Assembly: GCA_937899105.1 (NCBI GenBank)
Contig: CALBPF010000339.1
Location: 1,267-65,266, forward strand
Length of the DNA: 64,000 nucleotides
Direction: 5' to 3'
From: an uncultured Flammeovirgaceae bacterium
Lineage (GTDB): Bacteria > Bacteroidota > Bacteroidia > Cytophagales > Cyclobacteriaceae
The notes below the pieces were generated by a model that was not told the origin of the DNA, searched no databases, and saw only the letters and a program-made list of their open reading frames with translations. Made by a program: the position numbers and the translations under genes. Below are positions 29,601 to 37,500 of this stretch, piece after piece. Positions within the stretch are counted from its first letter, which is position 1, and each line of letters opens with the position of its first letter.

Positions 29601-32257
29601 ACGGACCTTGGTTTTATGATTGGGACATTGTAGGGATGATTACCGGAGGCAAGTTAAAGATAGATGTACGCTACAGTAAAGATCAATACGAAAAACGGTC
29701 AATGAATAGATTTGTTGATCTTTACAAACAGTCATTGTATGAAATTATTGACTATTGCTGTGACCGCCCAAAATCTATTCTTACCCCTTCCGACATTACC
29801 TATACATCACTTTCAATAGGTCAACTAGATGCTCTACAGGAGATATACGATGTCCAGGACGTTTACCCGCTTACTCCCATGCAGGAGTCTATGCTTTATA
29901 ATACATTAAAAGAACCTGAAGCTGAACATTATTTGATCCAGGTTGCCTATGAGATAACCGGACAACCTGATATCAAAAACATCCATAAAAGCGCTAACCA
30001 ATTGATAGACCGGTACGATGTTTTAAGAACAGTTTTTCTTTATGATCTGTATGAACGCCCGCTGCAGGTAGTCCTAAAGCAGAGGAAGATAGATTTTCAA
30101 TTTTATGATATTCAAAAAGAATGCGATTTCACTACGGAAACAGAGCTGGTAAATACTTATTGTATTAAGGAAAGATCCAGAAAGTTTGATGCATCTAAAG
30201 ACGTTTTAATACGACTCACTGTTCTTCAAACTGCGCAAGACAGATTCCTCTTTATTTGGAATTACCATCATATACTGATGGATGGATGGTGTATGGGGAC
30301 CATTCTAAAAGACTTTGAGAAGATTTATGCTCAAAATGAATCTAAAGAGCTTATAACACTTCATAAAGTGAGACCCTATTCAAGTTATATCAAATGGCTT
30401 GAACAGCGAGATCATTCTGAATCACTATCTTACTGGAAAAACTATCTGGCATCTTATTCCGGCTTAGCGACTTTGCCATTCAAAAAGAGAGCCTCTGAAC
30501 GGCTTCCTTATACTTATGAAAGTCATACGTTACTATTGAATACCGCACAAACTGAAGTACTGCATAAAATATGTAATGACCATAGAGTCACAGTTAATGC
30601 AGCGCTCCAATGTGCGTGGGGTATACTACTGGCCAGGTATAATAATATACATGACGTTGTGTTTGGAACGGTGATGTCCGGTCGGCCCGCTGAGATTGAA
30701 GGGGTCGAGGAAATGGTAGGACTGTTTATAAATACAGTTCCCGTAAGGATAAGTTATGAAGAAGATACCACTGTCAAAGTCCTGTTAAAAAACATCCAAA
30801 AAAACACATTGGAAACAGAGCATTATCAATACGCCTCATTGTCAGAGATTCAAGCACAGTCTGATCTTGGCGCTGGATTGCTAGATCATATTATGATTGT
30901 AGAGAACTATCCTTTGTCAGGTCAATTGGAAGATGGTGGACAAGATCATTCAAAAAAGGGGTATGTTATAGATAACATTGAAGTTAAAGAGCAGAATAGT
31001 TATGACCTGACACTCTTCGTACTTCCGGGAAATAAATTAGAAATACGATTTGACTATAACTCAAACGTTTATGACAAGGCAAAAATAGAAAGAGTTGCAG
31101 CGCATTTTTGGAATGTGATCAATAGCATACATCATAAGTCAGGACAAAAAGTTTCAGAAATTGAAATTATCGGTGATGAGGAAAAGCAGGAGCTTTTGTA
31201 TTCATTTAATGATACCTATGTGGATTATCAAAGAGAGGAAACCATAGTATCCTTATTTGAAAAACAGGTGCATTCTACTCCGGAAAAAGTGGCTGTTCGG
31301 TATGAAAACAATGAGTTATCTTATAAAGAACTTAACCAACGATCCGATCATTTGGCTTCTTATCTTAAAGAAAGATACGGAATAGGAGTTGGAAGCTATG
31401 TCGCAATTATGATGGAAAGATCCGAAGCTATGCTTACCGGTATGCTGGGGATTATGAAAGCCGGGGCAGCTTATATCCCGATCGATCCGACTTATCCTAC
31501 AAAGAGAATTGAGTACATTCTTAAAGATAGTGGAGCCCAAGTATTACTCCTTGGAGACTCCTTGGAGACTGTAACTTCCAGTTATAAAGGAGAAATTGTT
31601 CGATTTGATGGTAGTATTATTGATGTTTCAGACCATAATAATAGAAATAGTATAGTTACTTCTGAAGACTTGTGTTACTTGATATATACTTCCGGGTCCA
31701 CCGGAAACCCCAAGGGTGTTATGATCTCCCATGCTAGTGTAGTCAACTTCTTTGCAGGTATGGATCAACATTTTGAAATAGATGAAGATGACAGCTTACT
31801 CGCTCTAACTAGTACTTCTTTCGATATTTCTGTGTTGGAATTGTTTTGGACATTATGTCGAGGGGCACAAGTAGTGATACATCCTACAGATACAACTCCT
31901 GGCGGGTTAAATCGCTATGTTGCTCATAAAAGCGCTCAGATGGACTTTGGTCTTTTCTTTTTCTCCAGCTATAATAATAGTGGAGAGTGTAAATATGATC
32001 TGCTACTGGAGTCTGTTAAGTATGCTGATCGGGAAGGGTTTCGATCCGTATGGACGCCAGAACGTCATTTTCACGAATTTGGTGGATTATTCCCTAATCC
32101 ATCTGTGACCAGCGCGGCTTTGGCTACAGTTACGAAGCAGATCGAATTACGTAGTGGAAGTATAGTGGCCCCCTTACATGATCCGATCAGGGTCGCTGAA
32201 GAGTGGTCCGTGGTAGACACCCTTTCCAAAGGAAGAGTCGGTTTATCCTTTGCATAG
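26618..32257 (+). CDS. NRPS-3 part a: A(Thr)-T-E-C(D-donor type)-A(Gly, N-terminal half)-start of embedded monooxygenase; terminated by an in-frame TAG
   Basis: 1879 aa; starts directly in a C-A linker (KLSDINLSSKKEQEQLLNDLDKT). A: TSGTTGNPKG ~27151-27185, code DFWNIGMVHK. T: GGDSIKSIQ ~28320. E: HHLITDGVSW ~28861-28895. C: HHILMDGWC ~30265-30295. A: TSGSTGNPKG ~31686-31715, FDISVLELF. Then MDFGLFFFSS..WTPERHFHEFGG (LLM fold). Confidence 0.9.
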   Translation: MKLSDINLSSKKEQEQLLNDLDKTSVAFPINKTVVDLFHDQVKRIPDNIAIKFEDQVVTYLELDRRASKLASLLRKEGVMKDTLVGLLADRRIETVIGILAVLKSGGAYVPIDTDYPQERMDFLIQDSGVKILLTTEHQIGHLPTGLRYIPIHAAEKNSSLEPVIGNSIKPSDLCYVIYTSGTTGNPKGVMVEHRNVVRLFFNDSFQFQFGEDDVWTMFHSHCFDFSVWEIFGALLFGGELIIIPKAVARDPKAFLDIMVNERVTVLNQTPSAFYNLIERELSQADSIPNSLKYVIFGGEALTPGRLKDWKNRHSEVKMVNMFGITETTVHVTYKEIGSFEIENNLSNVGKPIPTLSVYILDEQHKWVPKGAVGEMYVGGSGVSRGYLGNKKLTDQKFVSNPFKENEKLYRTGDLARIIDTGDIEYIGRMDHQVQLRGFRIELEEIQHNLESHQQISSSVVLIMENEANKFLVAYYVSDTELETSTLRAYLLEKIPDYMVPSYFVHLTELPLTSNGKLNRDALPDPELKTTQNYLAPRTKEEVLLAGIWSQVLGFQDIGVTDDFFSLGGDSIKSIQISSRVRGEGYELSVKDIFTVPTVREQSLKLKPLARTSEQAIITGPVPLAPIQRWFFDGPIESKHHFNQSVLLHFSEEISTDFLRRILSKLQEHHDVLRMVFRKEGDEIHQENLDTGLQVSLEEYDLIAGPESEDSFLKIADTLQSGINLEEGPLMKTALFHFGTYSRLLIVMHHLITDGVSWRIFLDDLATLYRQITEDTPFTLPLKTDSYKSWAQNLKGYTKKPYFLQALQYWKNRLSEKGEAIPKDNPDGQCSLEHFDTSSFQLEEKLTKRLLTQANLSFNTQISDLLLTALWVAVKKQYDIEKLWIDIESHGRHDLYDGENVTRTMGWFTTIYPVLLKGEAGSFEKIIKDIKESLRNIPNDGIDVFVSNYLGAGKSLPLYDKSRISFNYLGELYNDDTAYPFRLLEVNRGHEVAQHGPWFYDWDIVGMITGGKLKIDVRYSKDQYEKRSMNRFVDLYKQSLYEIIDYCCDRPKSILTPSDITYTSLSIGQLDALQEIYDVQDVYPLTPMQESMLYNTLKEPEAEHYLIQVAYEITGQPDIKNIHKSANQLIDRYDVLRTVFLYDLYERPLQVVLKQRKIDFQFYDIQKECDFTTETELVNTYCIKERSRKFDASKDVLIRLTVLQTAQDRFLFIWNYHHILMDGWCMGTILKDFEKIYAQNESKELITLHKVRPYSSYIKWLEQRDHSESLSYWKNYLASYSGLATLPFKKRASERLPYTYESHTLLLNTAQTEVLHKICNDHRVTVNAALQCAWGILLARYNNIHDVVFGTVMSGRPAEIEGVEEMVGLFINTVPVRISYEEDTTVKVLLKNIQKNTLETEHYQYASLSEIQAQSDLGAGLLDHIMIVENYPLSGQLEDGGQDHSKKGYVIDNIEVKEQNSYDLTLFVLPGNKLEIRFDYNSNVYDKAKIERVAAHFWNVINSIHHKSGQKVSEIEIIGDEEKQELLYSFNDTYVDYQREETIVSLFEKQVHSTPEKVAVRYENNELSYKELNQRSDHLASYLKERYGIGVGSYVAIMMERSEAMLTGMLGIMKAGAAYIPIDPTYPTKRIEYILKDSGAQVLLLGDSLETVTSSYKGEIVRFDGSIIDVSDHNNRNSIVTSEDLCYLIYTSGSTGNPKGVMISHASVVNFFAGMDQHFEIDEDDSLLALTSTSFDISVLELFWTLCRGAQVVIHPTDTTPGGLNRYVAHKSAQMDFGLFFFSSYNNSGECKYDLLLESVKYADREGFRSVWTPERHFHEFGGLFPNPSVTSAALATVTKQIELRSGSIVAPLHDPIRVAEEWSVVDTLSKGRVGLSFA

Positions 32258-32965
32258 GGTTGGAATCCAAATGATTTTGTGTTGTCTCGTGACGAGTATG
32301 AAGACCGTCATCGCATTATGTATGAGGACATAGAAACAATTAAAAACCTATGGGAAGGAGGATCTATTAAACGAGATAATGCCCTGCATCAGGAAGTAGA
32401 AGTTAAGATCTTTCCTGCTCCGATTCAGACGAAATTACCAGTATGGGTCACGGCAGCTGGAAATGAGGAGACATTCCGTCACGCCGGACAGATAGGCGCT
32501 AACTTATTAACTCATTTGCTCGGACAAGACATTGAAACATTATCGGAAAAGATCAAGATATATCGTACTGCACGAAAAAAGGCCGGATATGATAGTGGTA
32601 AAGTAGCTCTAATGCTCCACACCTACATTGGAGACTCTCTGGAAGAAGTAGAACGCGCTGTTGAAGAGCCTTTCAAAGAGTACCTGAAAAGTTCTATTAA
32701 TTTATCAAAAGTGATATTTAATGAGGGAGGCTTGAAAGAAGAAGAACTTTCCCCTGAAATGAAGGAGGAAGTGTTGACAAATGCATTTAAGCGTTACTAT
32801 AAGACCAGCTCATTGATAGGCACAAAGAGCAGCTGTATGTCAATAGTTCACCGTGCCTTGGCTATCGGGGTAGATGAAATAGCTTGTTTGATAGATTTTG
32901 GAGTGGAAGAAGGTAAAGTACTAGATAATCTGAAAAATTTACGAGACTTGAAACAAGTATTTAAC
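31940..32965 (+). other. Luciferase-like monooxygenase (MOx/LLM) domain inserted in the Gly A domain after the A4 FDxS core and upstream of the TPS/A5 cores
   Basis: The A-domain sequence ..TSTSFDISVLELFWTLCRGAQVVI is followed by MDFGLFFFSS..YADREGFRSVWTPERHF..GRVGLSFA*GWNPNDF..LPVWVTAAGNEETF. The A domain then resumes at ..ISMMQSTPSLL..NMYGPTETT. The domain spans the TAG at 32255. Confidence 0.8.
32255..32257 (+). other. In-frame TAG inside the monooxygenase domain of NRPS-3
   Basis: TTT GCA TAG GGT TGG AAT CCA AAT GAT TTT GTG reads FA*GWNPNDFV. The flanking ORFs 26618.. and 32279.. are both 2 mod 3. Confidence 0.95.
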
Positions 32966-34078
32966 GGAGAACAACAATCACCTGGGAAGCCGATTAGCAT
33001 GATGCAGTCCACACCTTCGTTGCTCAAGCTGTTAAAGAACGATGAGGGATCAGACAAATTGTTAAACTCCCTGAGATTGTTATTAGTAGGCGGAGAGCCT
33101 ATAACTGCTTCCCTAGTTTCTGATCTTCAAAAAGAAACTAAAGCTGATATATATAATATGTACGGACCAACGGAAACAACTATTTGGTCTACTACAGGGA
33201 AATTTAGTGATAACGTGGACAAAGTAACTGTTGGAGGTCCGATTGCCAATACACAGATTTACATTTTAGGAAAAGACCTTCAACTACTTCCTCTAGGAGT
33301 AGAAGGGGATTTGTATATCGGAGGTGAAGGTTTGTCAAAAGGATACTGGAAGCAGCCGGCGCTCACCGAAGAACGGTTTATTGATCATCCGTTCTCTTCC
33401 AAGGGGAAAATATACAAAACCGGGGATAAGGCTAAATGGTTGGAAGATGGTAACATTCAATTGATAGGAAGAGATGACCACCAGGTTAAAATTCGAGGAT
33501 TCAGGATTGAGTTAGGAGAAATTGAAGCCAATCTTCTCTCACATAAATTGGTAAGCGAGGCAGTAGTGTTGGCAAAGGAAACTGCAGATGAAAAACGCCT
33601 CGTAGCATATGTGGTATTAAAAGAGAATGTAGATGCCGATCAGCTGAGAGGGTATTTATCGGGTAAACTTCCCCATTACATGGTTCCTGCCTATTATATG
33701 AAGCTGGATTCCTTCCCCCTTACCCCTAACAAAAAAATAGATAGGAGGGCTTTGCCAGACCCTGGTCTGAGTTCCGAAGGTGAATTTGTACCTCCGTCCA
33801 ATAAAACGGAGCAAAAATTGGTGGAAATATGGGGTGAGACCCTGGAAATACCTGCAGCCCAGATCAGTATTATCAAAACTTTTTTTGAATTAGGCGGGCA
33901 TTCCTTGAAGATAGCCACCTTGAAAAATAAGATCAGACAGCATTTCAATATTGATATGCCACTAAACGAGGTATTTAATTGGTCAACAGTAGAAAGGATG
34001 GCAGATTATCTAACGACTGTCGGCCAATTAGAAGAAGATTCGGACAAAGACAGCAAGATAGTTGAAATTATACTATGA
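32279..34078 (+). CDS. NRPS-3 part b: rest of monooxygenase domain - A(Gly, C-terminal half)-T-docking tail
   Basis: 599 aa in the same frame as part a. After the LLM remainder: LVGGEP, NMYGPTETTIWST, YKTGD, GRDDHQVKIRGFRIELGEIE, PNKKIDRRALP. T: GGHSL, Ser 33902-33904. Tail: ..EEDSDKDSKIVEIIL. Combined code DILQLGMIWK (Gly-type). The listed start is a GTG. Confidence 0.85.
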   Translation: MLSRDEYEDRHRIMYEDIETIKNLWEGGSIKRDNALHQEVEVKIFPAPIQTKLPVWVTAAGNEETFRHAGQIGANLLTHLLGQDIETLSEKIKIYRTARKKAGYDSGKVALMLHTYIGDSLEEVERAVEEPFKEYLKSSINLSKVIFNEGGLKEEELSPEMKEEVLTNAFKRYYKTSSLIGTKSSCMSIVHRALAIGVDEIACLIDFGVEEGKVLDNLKNLRDLKQVFNGEQQSPGKPISMMQSTPSLLKLLKNDEGSDKLLNSLRLLLVGGEPITASLVSDLQKETKADIYNMYGPTETTIWSTTGKFSDNVDKVTVGGPIANTQIYILGKDLQLLPLGVEGDLYIGGEGLSKGYWKQPALTEERFIDHPFSSKGKIYKTGDKAKWLEDGNIQLIGRDDHQVKIRGFRIELGEIEANLLSHKLVSEAVVLAKETADEKRLVAYVVLKENVDADQLRGYLSGKLPHYMVPAYYMKLDSFPLTPNKKIDRRALPDPGLSSEGEFVPPSNKTEQKLVEIWGETLEIPAAQISIIKTFFELGGHSLKIATLKNKIRQHFNIDMPLNEVFNWSTVERMADYLTTVGQLEEDSDKDSKIVEIIL

Positions 34079-34245
34079 GAATTGAACAATACCTGACCGT
34101 ACTTAGGAAGGAAAAGAATATTGTTGTTGCTTCTGAAGGCGGAAACCTTCAGATAAAAGCGAACCCAAAAGCTTTAACCAAGGAAATAGTTAATGAAATC
34201 AAGTCAAGAAAAAAGGAGATACTTGACTTTTATAGGGATACTGAA
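34075..34245 (+). other. TubC_N-like N-terminal docking domain of NRPS-4
   Basis: MRIEQYLTVLRKEKNIVVASEGGNLQIKANPKALTKEIVNEIKSRKKEILDFY follows the pattern helix, strand-turn-strand (X-L-X-V/I..), then ..L....I...K.EI..F seen in beta-hairpin NRPS docking domains. Confidence 0.55.
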
Positions 34246-37071
34246 GCAAAAGGCATATTTTTTAGTATACCTAAGAGTTCAAACAAATCCTATTATAAGC
34301 TTTCAACCTCTCAGAAAAGAATATACATCCTTCATAAGTTCGACCCCTTATCCCTGGCATATAACGAGACTCAAATACTCAGGCTGGAAGGCAAGTTAGA
34401 TAGAGACAAGCTGCAAAAAAGCTTTAAAAATCTTATCCAAAGACATGAAAGCTTGAGGACTTCCTTTCATATCATTGACAATGAGCCTTTGCAGGCGATT
34501 ACAGATGGAGTAGATTTTGAGATACAATACATTGAAGCAAATGGCGATCCTTCGGGAAAAGTAAGAAGCTTTGTCCGTGCATTTGATTTATCAAAAGCTC
34601 CTTTGATCAGGGTTGGTGTTGTCATTGAATCAGATATGTCCTACCTATTGATGGTGGATATGCATCATATAATTACGGATGGGGTTTCTCAACACATTAT
34701 GATGAGGGAGTTCTCTGCTTTGTTTAATGATCAATCCCTTCCTGAGATAAAATTGCAATACAGAGACTATGCTGAGTGGCAACAGTCTAAGCAGGAACGG
34801 CTTGACGTATCACGAATGAAGAGTTTCTGGCTGGAAAAATTTAAGAAAAATCCGTCGGTCCTGGAATTACCATTAGACTTTAAAAGGCCTGCAACAAAAA
34901 GCCATGAGGGGAATGCATTCACTTTTGACGTTGGAATGGAAGAAACAGTCCAGCTCAAATTGATCGCTGAGAAGCAGGGAACCACATTGTTTATGGTAGT
35001 GTTTTCTGTGTTTAACATTTTACTTACGAAACTAGGGAATCAAGAAGATATAGTCATTGGTGTTCCAGTGGCGAATCGCCAACATATTGACTTAGAGAAT
35101 GTTATTGGACCTTTTCTAAATACTTTGGCGCTGCGTAATCAGCCGAAATATGACCTCACATATAAAGAATTTTTAAGCGAGGTCCATAATGAAACACTAA
35201 AATGTTTTGAATATCAATCTTATCCTTTTGAAGACTTGATTGATAAATTAAAAATAGTGCGCGACACCAGTCGCAATCCATTATTTGACATCATGTTCCT
35301 CTTTCAAAGTTTTGGTTCGGAAAAGCTTGAATTGGATGGGCTTTCTTTAAAGCCCTATAAACGCGATCACTTTGTCTCCAAGTTTGACTTAAGCTTATTA
35401 GGCTATGAGTTAAAAGGCGTCATTCAGATGAAAATTGAATATAGCTCTAAATTATTCAAGTCCAAGACAATTGAGAAGTTCGCAGTCTATTTCAGCAACA
35501 TTATCAGGTCAATTATTCAAAATATTGACCAAAAGATCTCCGATATTGAAATTATTACGGACGAAGAAAAACAGCAATTGCTAGTCAGCTTCAACCAAAC
35601 CTCTTTAGCATTTGAGAAGGAAAAGGCATTACATAATATTTTCGAAAATATAGCGACTAAAATGCCTGGTAAAACGGCATTAATATTTGAAGGAAATCGG
35701 ATTACCTATCAGTCGCTCAACGAAAAAAGCAATCAAATAGCCCATAGGATTCTTAAATATGGAGCAAAACCCAGTGACAGAGTGGGCATATTGATGAGCA
35801 GATCGGTGGAAATGATTGCCAGCATATTTGGGATCTTGAAAGCAGGATGTGCCTATATTCCTATTGATCCCGAATATCCTGCTGCCAGGATTCAACACGT
35901 CGCTGCAGATAGCCGGATGAAGTTAATGCTGTGTGAGACTGTCTTAATGGATCGTTTGAATGCCACTGAGCTTTCTATAACGCTGGTAGATATTACCTTG
36001 TCTGACTTGTCACTGGAAAGCGTTGAAAATCTGGCTATTCGGGTTAATTCATCTGATCTGGCTTATATGATCTATACTTCAGGTTCTACCGGATTGCCAA
36101 AGGGAGTCATCATAGAACATAAAAGCGTAGTCAATTTTATTGCTGGCATTGTTGACAGAGTAAATTTCTCTCAAGACAGTGTAATTTTGTGCCTTACTAC
36201 GATATCATTTGACATCTTCGTACTTGAAACACTCCTTCCTCTTTTAACTGGAAGCCAGGTTATTCTAGCAAATAATGCAGAACAAAAAGATCCGGCCGCA
36301 CTATTGAGGCTTATTCGTTCTCATGAAGTTGATTTTTTACAGATCACTCCCTCTCATTTAAGTTTACTTATATCCAATGAAAATAGAGAACGAATTTTTG
36401 AAAATGTTAAGGCGCTAATGGTAGGTGGCGAGGTATTTCCGGAGAAATTATTGCAAGAGGTGAAGACCAGATATCAAGGAAAAATCTACAATATGTATGG
36501 ACCTACTGAAACTACAGTTTGGTCTACAGTAAAAGACCTTACCGATCAAAGCTCAGTGAACATTGGAAAACCTATTGCCAACACTCGCGTGAGAGTTATG
36601 GATAGCTGTCAGAATCTGCAGCCTGTAGGAGTATATGGAGAGTTATGTATTGGGGGTGAAGGGCTGGCCAGGGGATACTGGCAACAAGACGAATTGACCA
36701 GGAAAAAGTTTATCTATGATCCATACCACAAAGGTGAATTGATCTATCGTACAGGTGATCTGGTTCGATGGTTGCCCAATGGTGATCTGGAATACATTGG
36801 CCGAATGGACAGTCAGGTGAAGTTAAGGGGCTTTCGGATCGAACTAAGTGAAATTGAAACCGTATTAGGCAGATATGAGTGTATCCACGAAGCTGTTGTG
36901 ACCCTAACGCAAAACTCAGCCGACAGAAATTTGGCAGCTTACTACCTCTCAGGCCAGGAACTAGACCCCTCAGTACTCAGGCGTTATTTGGCTTTGTGGT
37001 TGCCTGATTATATGATTCCAACCTATTTTATCCGAATGGAACGTTTTCCACTTCCTCCTAATGGGATGTAG
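34075..37071 (+). CDS. NRPS-4 part a: N-terminal docking domain-C(L-donor type)-A(Gly-type, A10 damaged); terminated by an in-frame TAG
   Basis: 998 aa. ATGA overlap with the upstream gene. C: MHHIITDGVS ~34661-34690. A: TSGSTGLPKG ~36071-36105, NMYGPTETTVWST, YRTGD, GRMDSQVKLRGFRIELSEIE; code DILQMGMVW-. The A10 box reads PLPPNGM* where all sister modules have NGK(I/L/V)(D/N). Confidence 0.9.
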   Translation: MRIEQYLTVLRKEKNIVVASEGGNLQIKANPKALTKEIVNEIKSRKKEILDFYRDTEAKGIFFSIPKSSNKSYYKLSTSQKRIYILHKFDPLSLAYNETQILRLEGKLDRDKLQKSFKNLIQRHESLRTSFHIIDNEPLQAITDGVDFEIQYIEANGDPSGKVRSFVRAFDLSKAPLIRVGVVIESDMSYLLMVDMHHIITDGVSQHIMMREFSALFNDQSLPEIKLQYRDYAEWQQSKQERLDVSRMKSFWLEKFKKNPSVLELPLDFKRPATKSHEGNAFTFDVGMEETVQLKLIAEKQGTTLFMVVFSVFNILLTKLGNQEDIVIGVPVANRQHIDLENVIGPFLNTLALRNQPKYDLTYKEFLSEVHNETLKCFEYQSYPFEDLIDKLKIVRDTSRNPLFDIMFLFQSFGSEKLELDGLSLKPYKRDHFVSKFDLSLLGYELKGVIQMKIEYSSKLFKSKTIEKFAVYFSNIIRSIIQNIDQKISDIEIITDEEKQQLLVSFNQTSLAFEKEKALHNIFENIATKMPGKTALIFEGNRITYQSLNEKSNQIAHRILKYGAKPSDRVGILMSRSVEMIASIFGILKAGCAYIPIDPEYPAARIQHVAADSRMKLMLCETVLMDRLNATELSITLVDITLSDLSLESVENLAIRVNSSDLAYMIYTSGSTGLPKGVIIEHKSVVNFIAGIVDRVNFSQDSVILCLTTISFDIFVLETLLPLLTGSQVILANNAEQKDPAALLRLIRSHEVDFLQITPSHLSLLISNENRERIFENVKALMVGGEVFPEKLLQEVKTRYQGKIYNMYGPTETTVWSTVKDLTDQSSVNIGKPIANTRVRVMDSCQNLQPVGVYGELCIGGEGLARGYWQQDELTRKKFIYDPYHKGELIYRTGDLVRWLPNGDLEYIGRMDSQVKLRGFRIELSEIETVLGRYECIHEAVVTLTQNSADRNLAAYYLSGQELDPSVLRRYLALWLPDYMIPTYFIRMERFPLPPNGM
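37069..37071 (+). other. In-frame TAG inside the A10 core of NRPS-4, next to a Lys-to-Met change at the catalytic A10 position
   Basis: AAT GGG ATG TAG AAT AAA AAG GAA TTG CCA reads NGM*NKKELP. The flanking ORFs are both 1 mod 3. Confidence 0.95.
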
Positions 37072-37083
37072 AATAAAAAGGAA

Positions 37084-37413
37084 TTGCCAGCGCCTAACAT
37101 AAACCTTACGCATAAATTTACTGCACCGGCAAATGGGACAGAACAGATATTGGTGGAGGTGTGGAGCGAGGTGTTGGATATTAAAATAACGACGCTCAGT
37201 GTTACAAGAAGTTTTTTTGAGCTGGGAGGCAATTCTCTGAATGCCACTGTTTTGATCAGTAAGATCAATAAGACGTTTAAAGTTACCATTCCACTGCAAT
37301 TGTTCTTCTCACTGGACACTATTCGGGAACTAGCGCATTATTTGGAATCCATTACTAACGATAGCCAGAACGTCGGAACAGTCAATGAAAATCAGGAAGA
37401 GTTTACTTTCTGA
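37084..37413 (+). CDS. NRPS-4 part b: T domain plus docking tail (continuation of the frame of 34075-37071)
   Basis: 109 aa. ..EQILVEVWSEVLDI..FFELGGNSLNATVLISKI, Ser codon 37234-37236. Tail ..NENQEEFTF. The listed start is a TTG. Confidence 0.8.
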   Translation: MPAPNINLTHKFTAPANGTEQILVEVWSEVLDIKITTLSVTRSFFELGGNSLNATVLISKINKTFKVTIPLQLFFSLDTIRELAHYLESITNDSQNVGTVNENQEEFTF

Positions 37414-37500
37414 TAGTAAGATCGATAGTTCAATTTGACATTTCGATCATTAATGTCGAATACAATTTACAAAAGCAGTATAGAGTAAAAATTTATCATT

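Noticed and set aside
18909-37071. Whether the in-frame TAA/TAG codons reflect a reassigned genetic code or pyrrolysine-type recoding
   Set aside because: TAG terminates at least seven other well-delimited genes in this window: the transposase fragment, DAHP synthase, NusG-like gene, ACP, rSAM, AsnB and others. TAA terminates most of the rest, at positions matching normal protein C-termini. Global reassignment is therefore not supported, and no recoding signal is evident.
36970-37319. Two overlapping minus-strand ORFs (36970-37299, 37023-37319) spanning the NRPS-4 TAG site
   Set aside because: They are antisense to a clearly conserved A10/T-domain coding frame. Their translations are low-complexity and carry no motif. 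Such shadow ORFs are expected opposite long coding regions.
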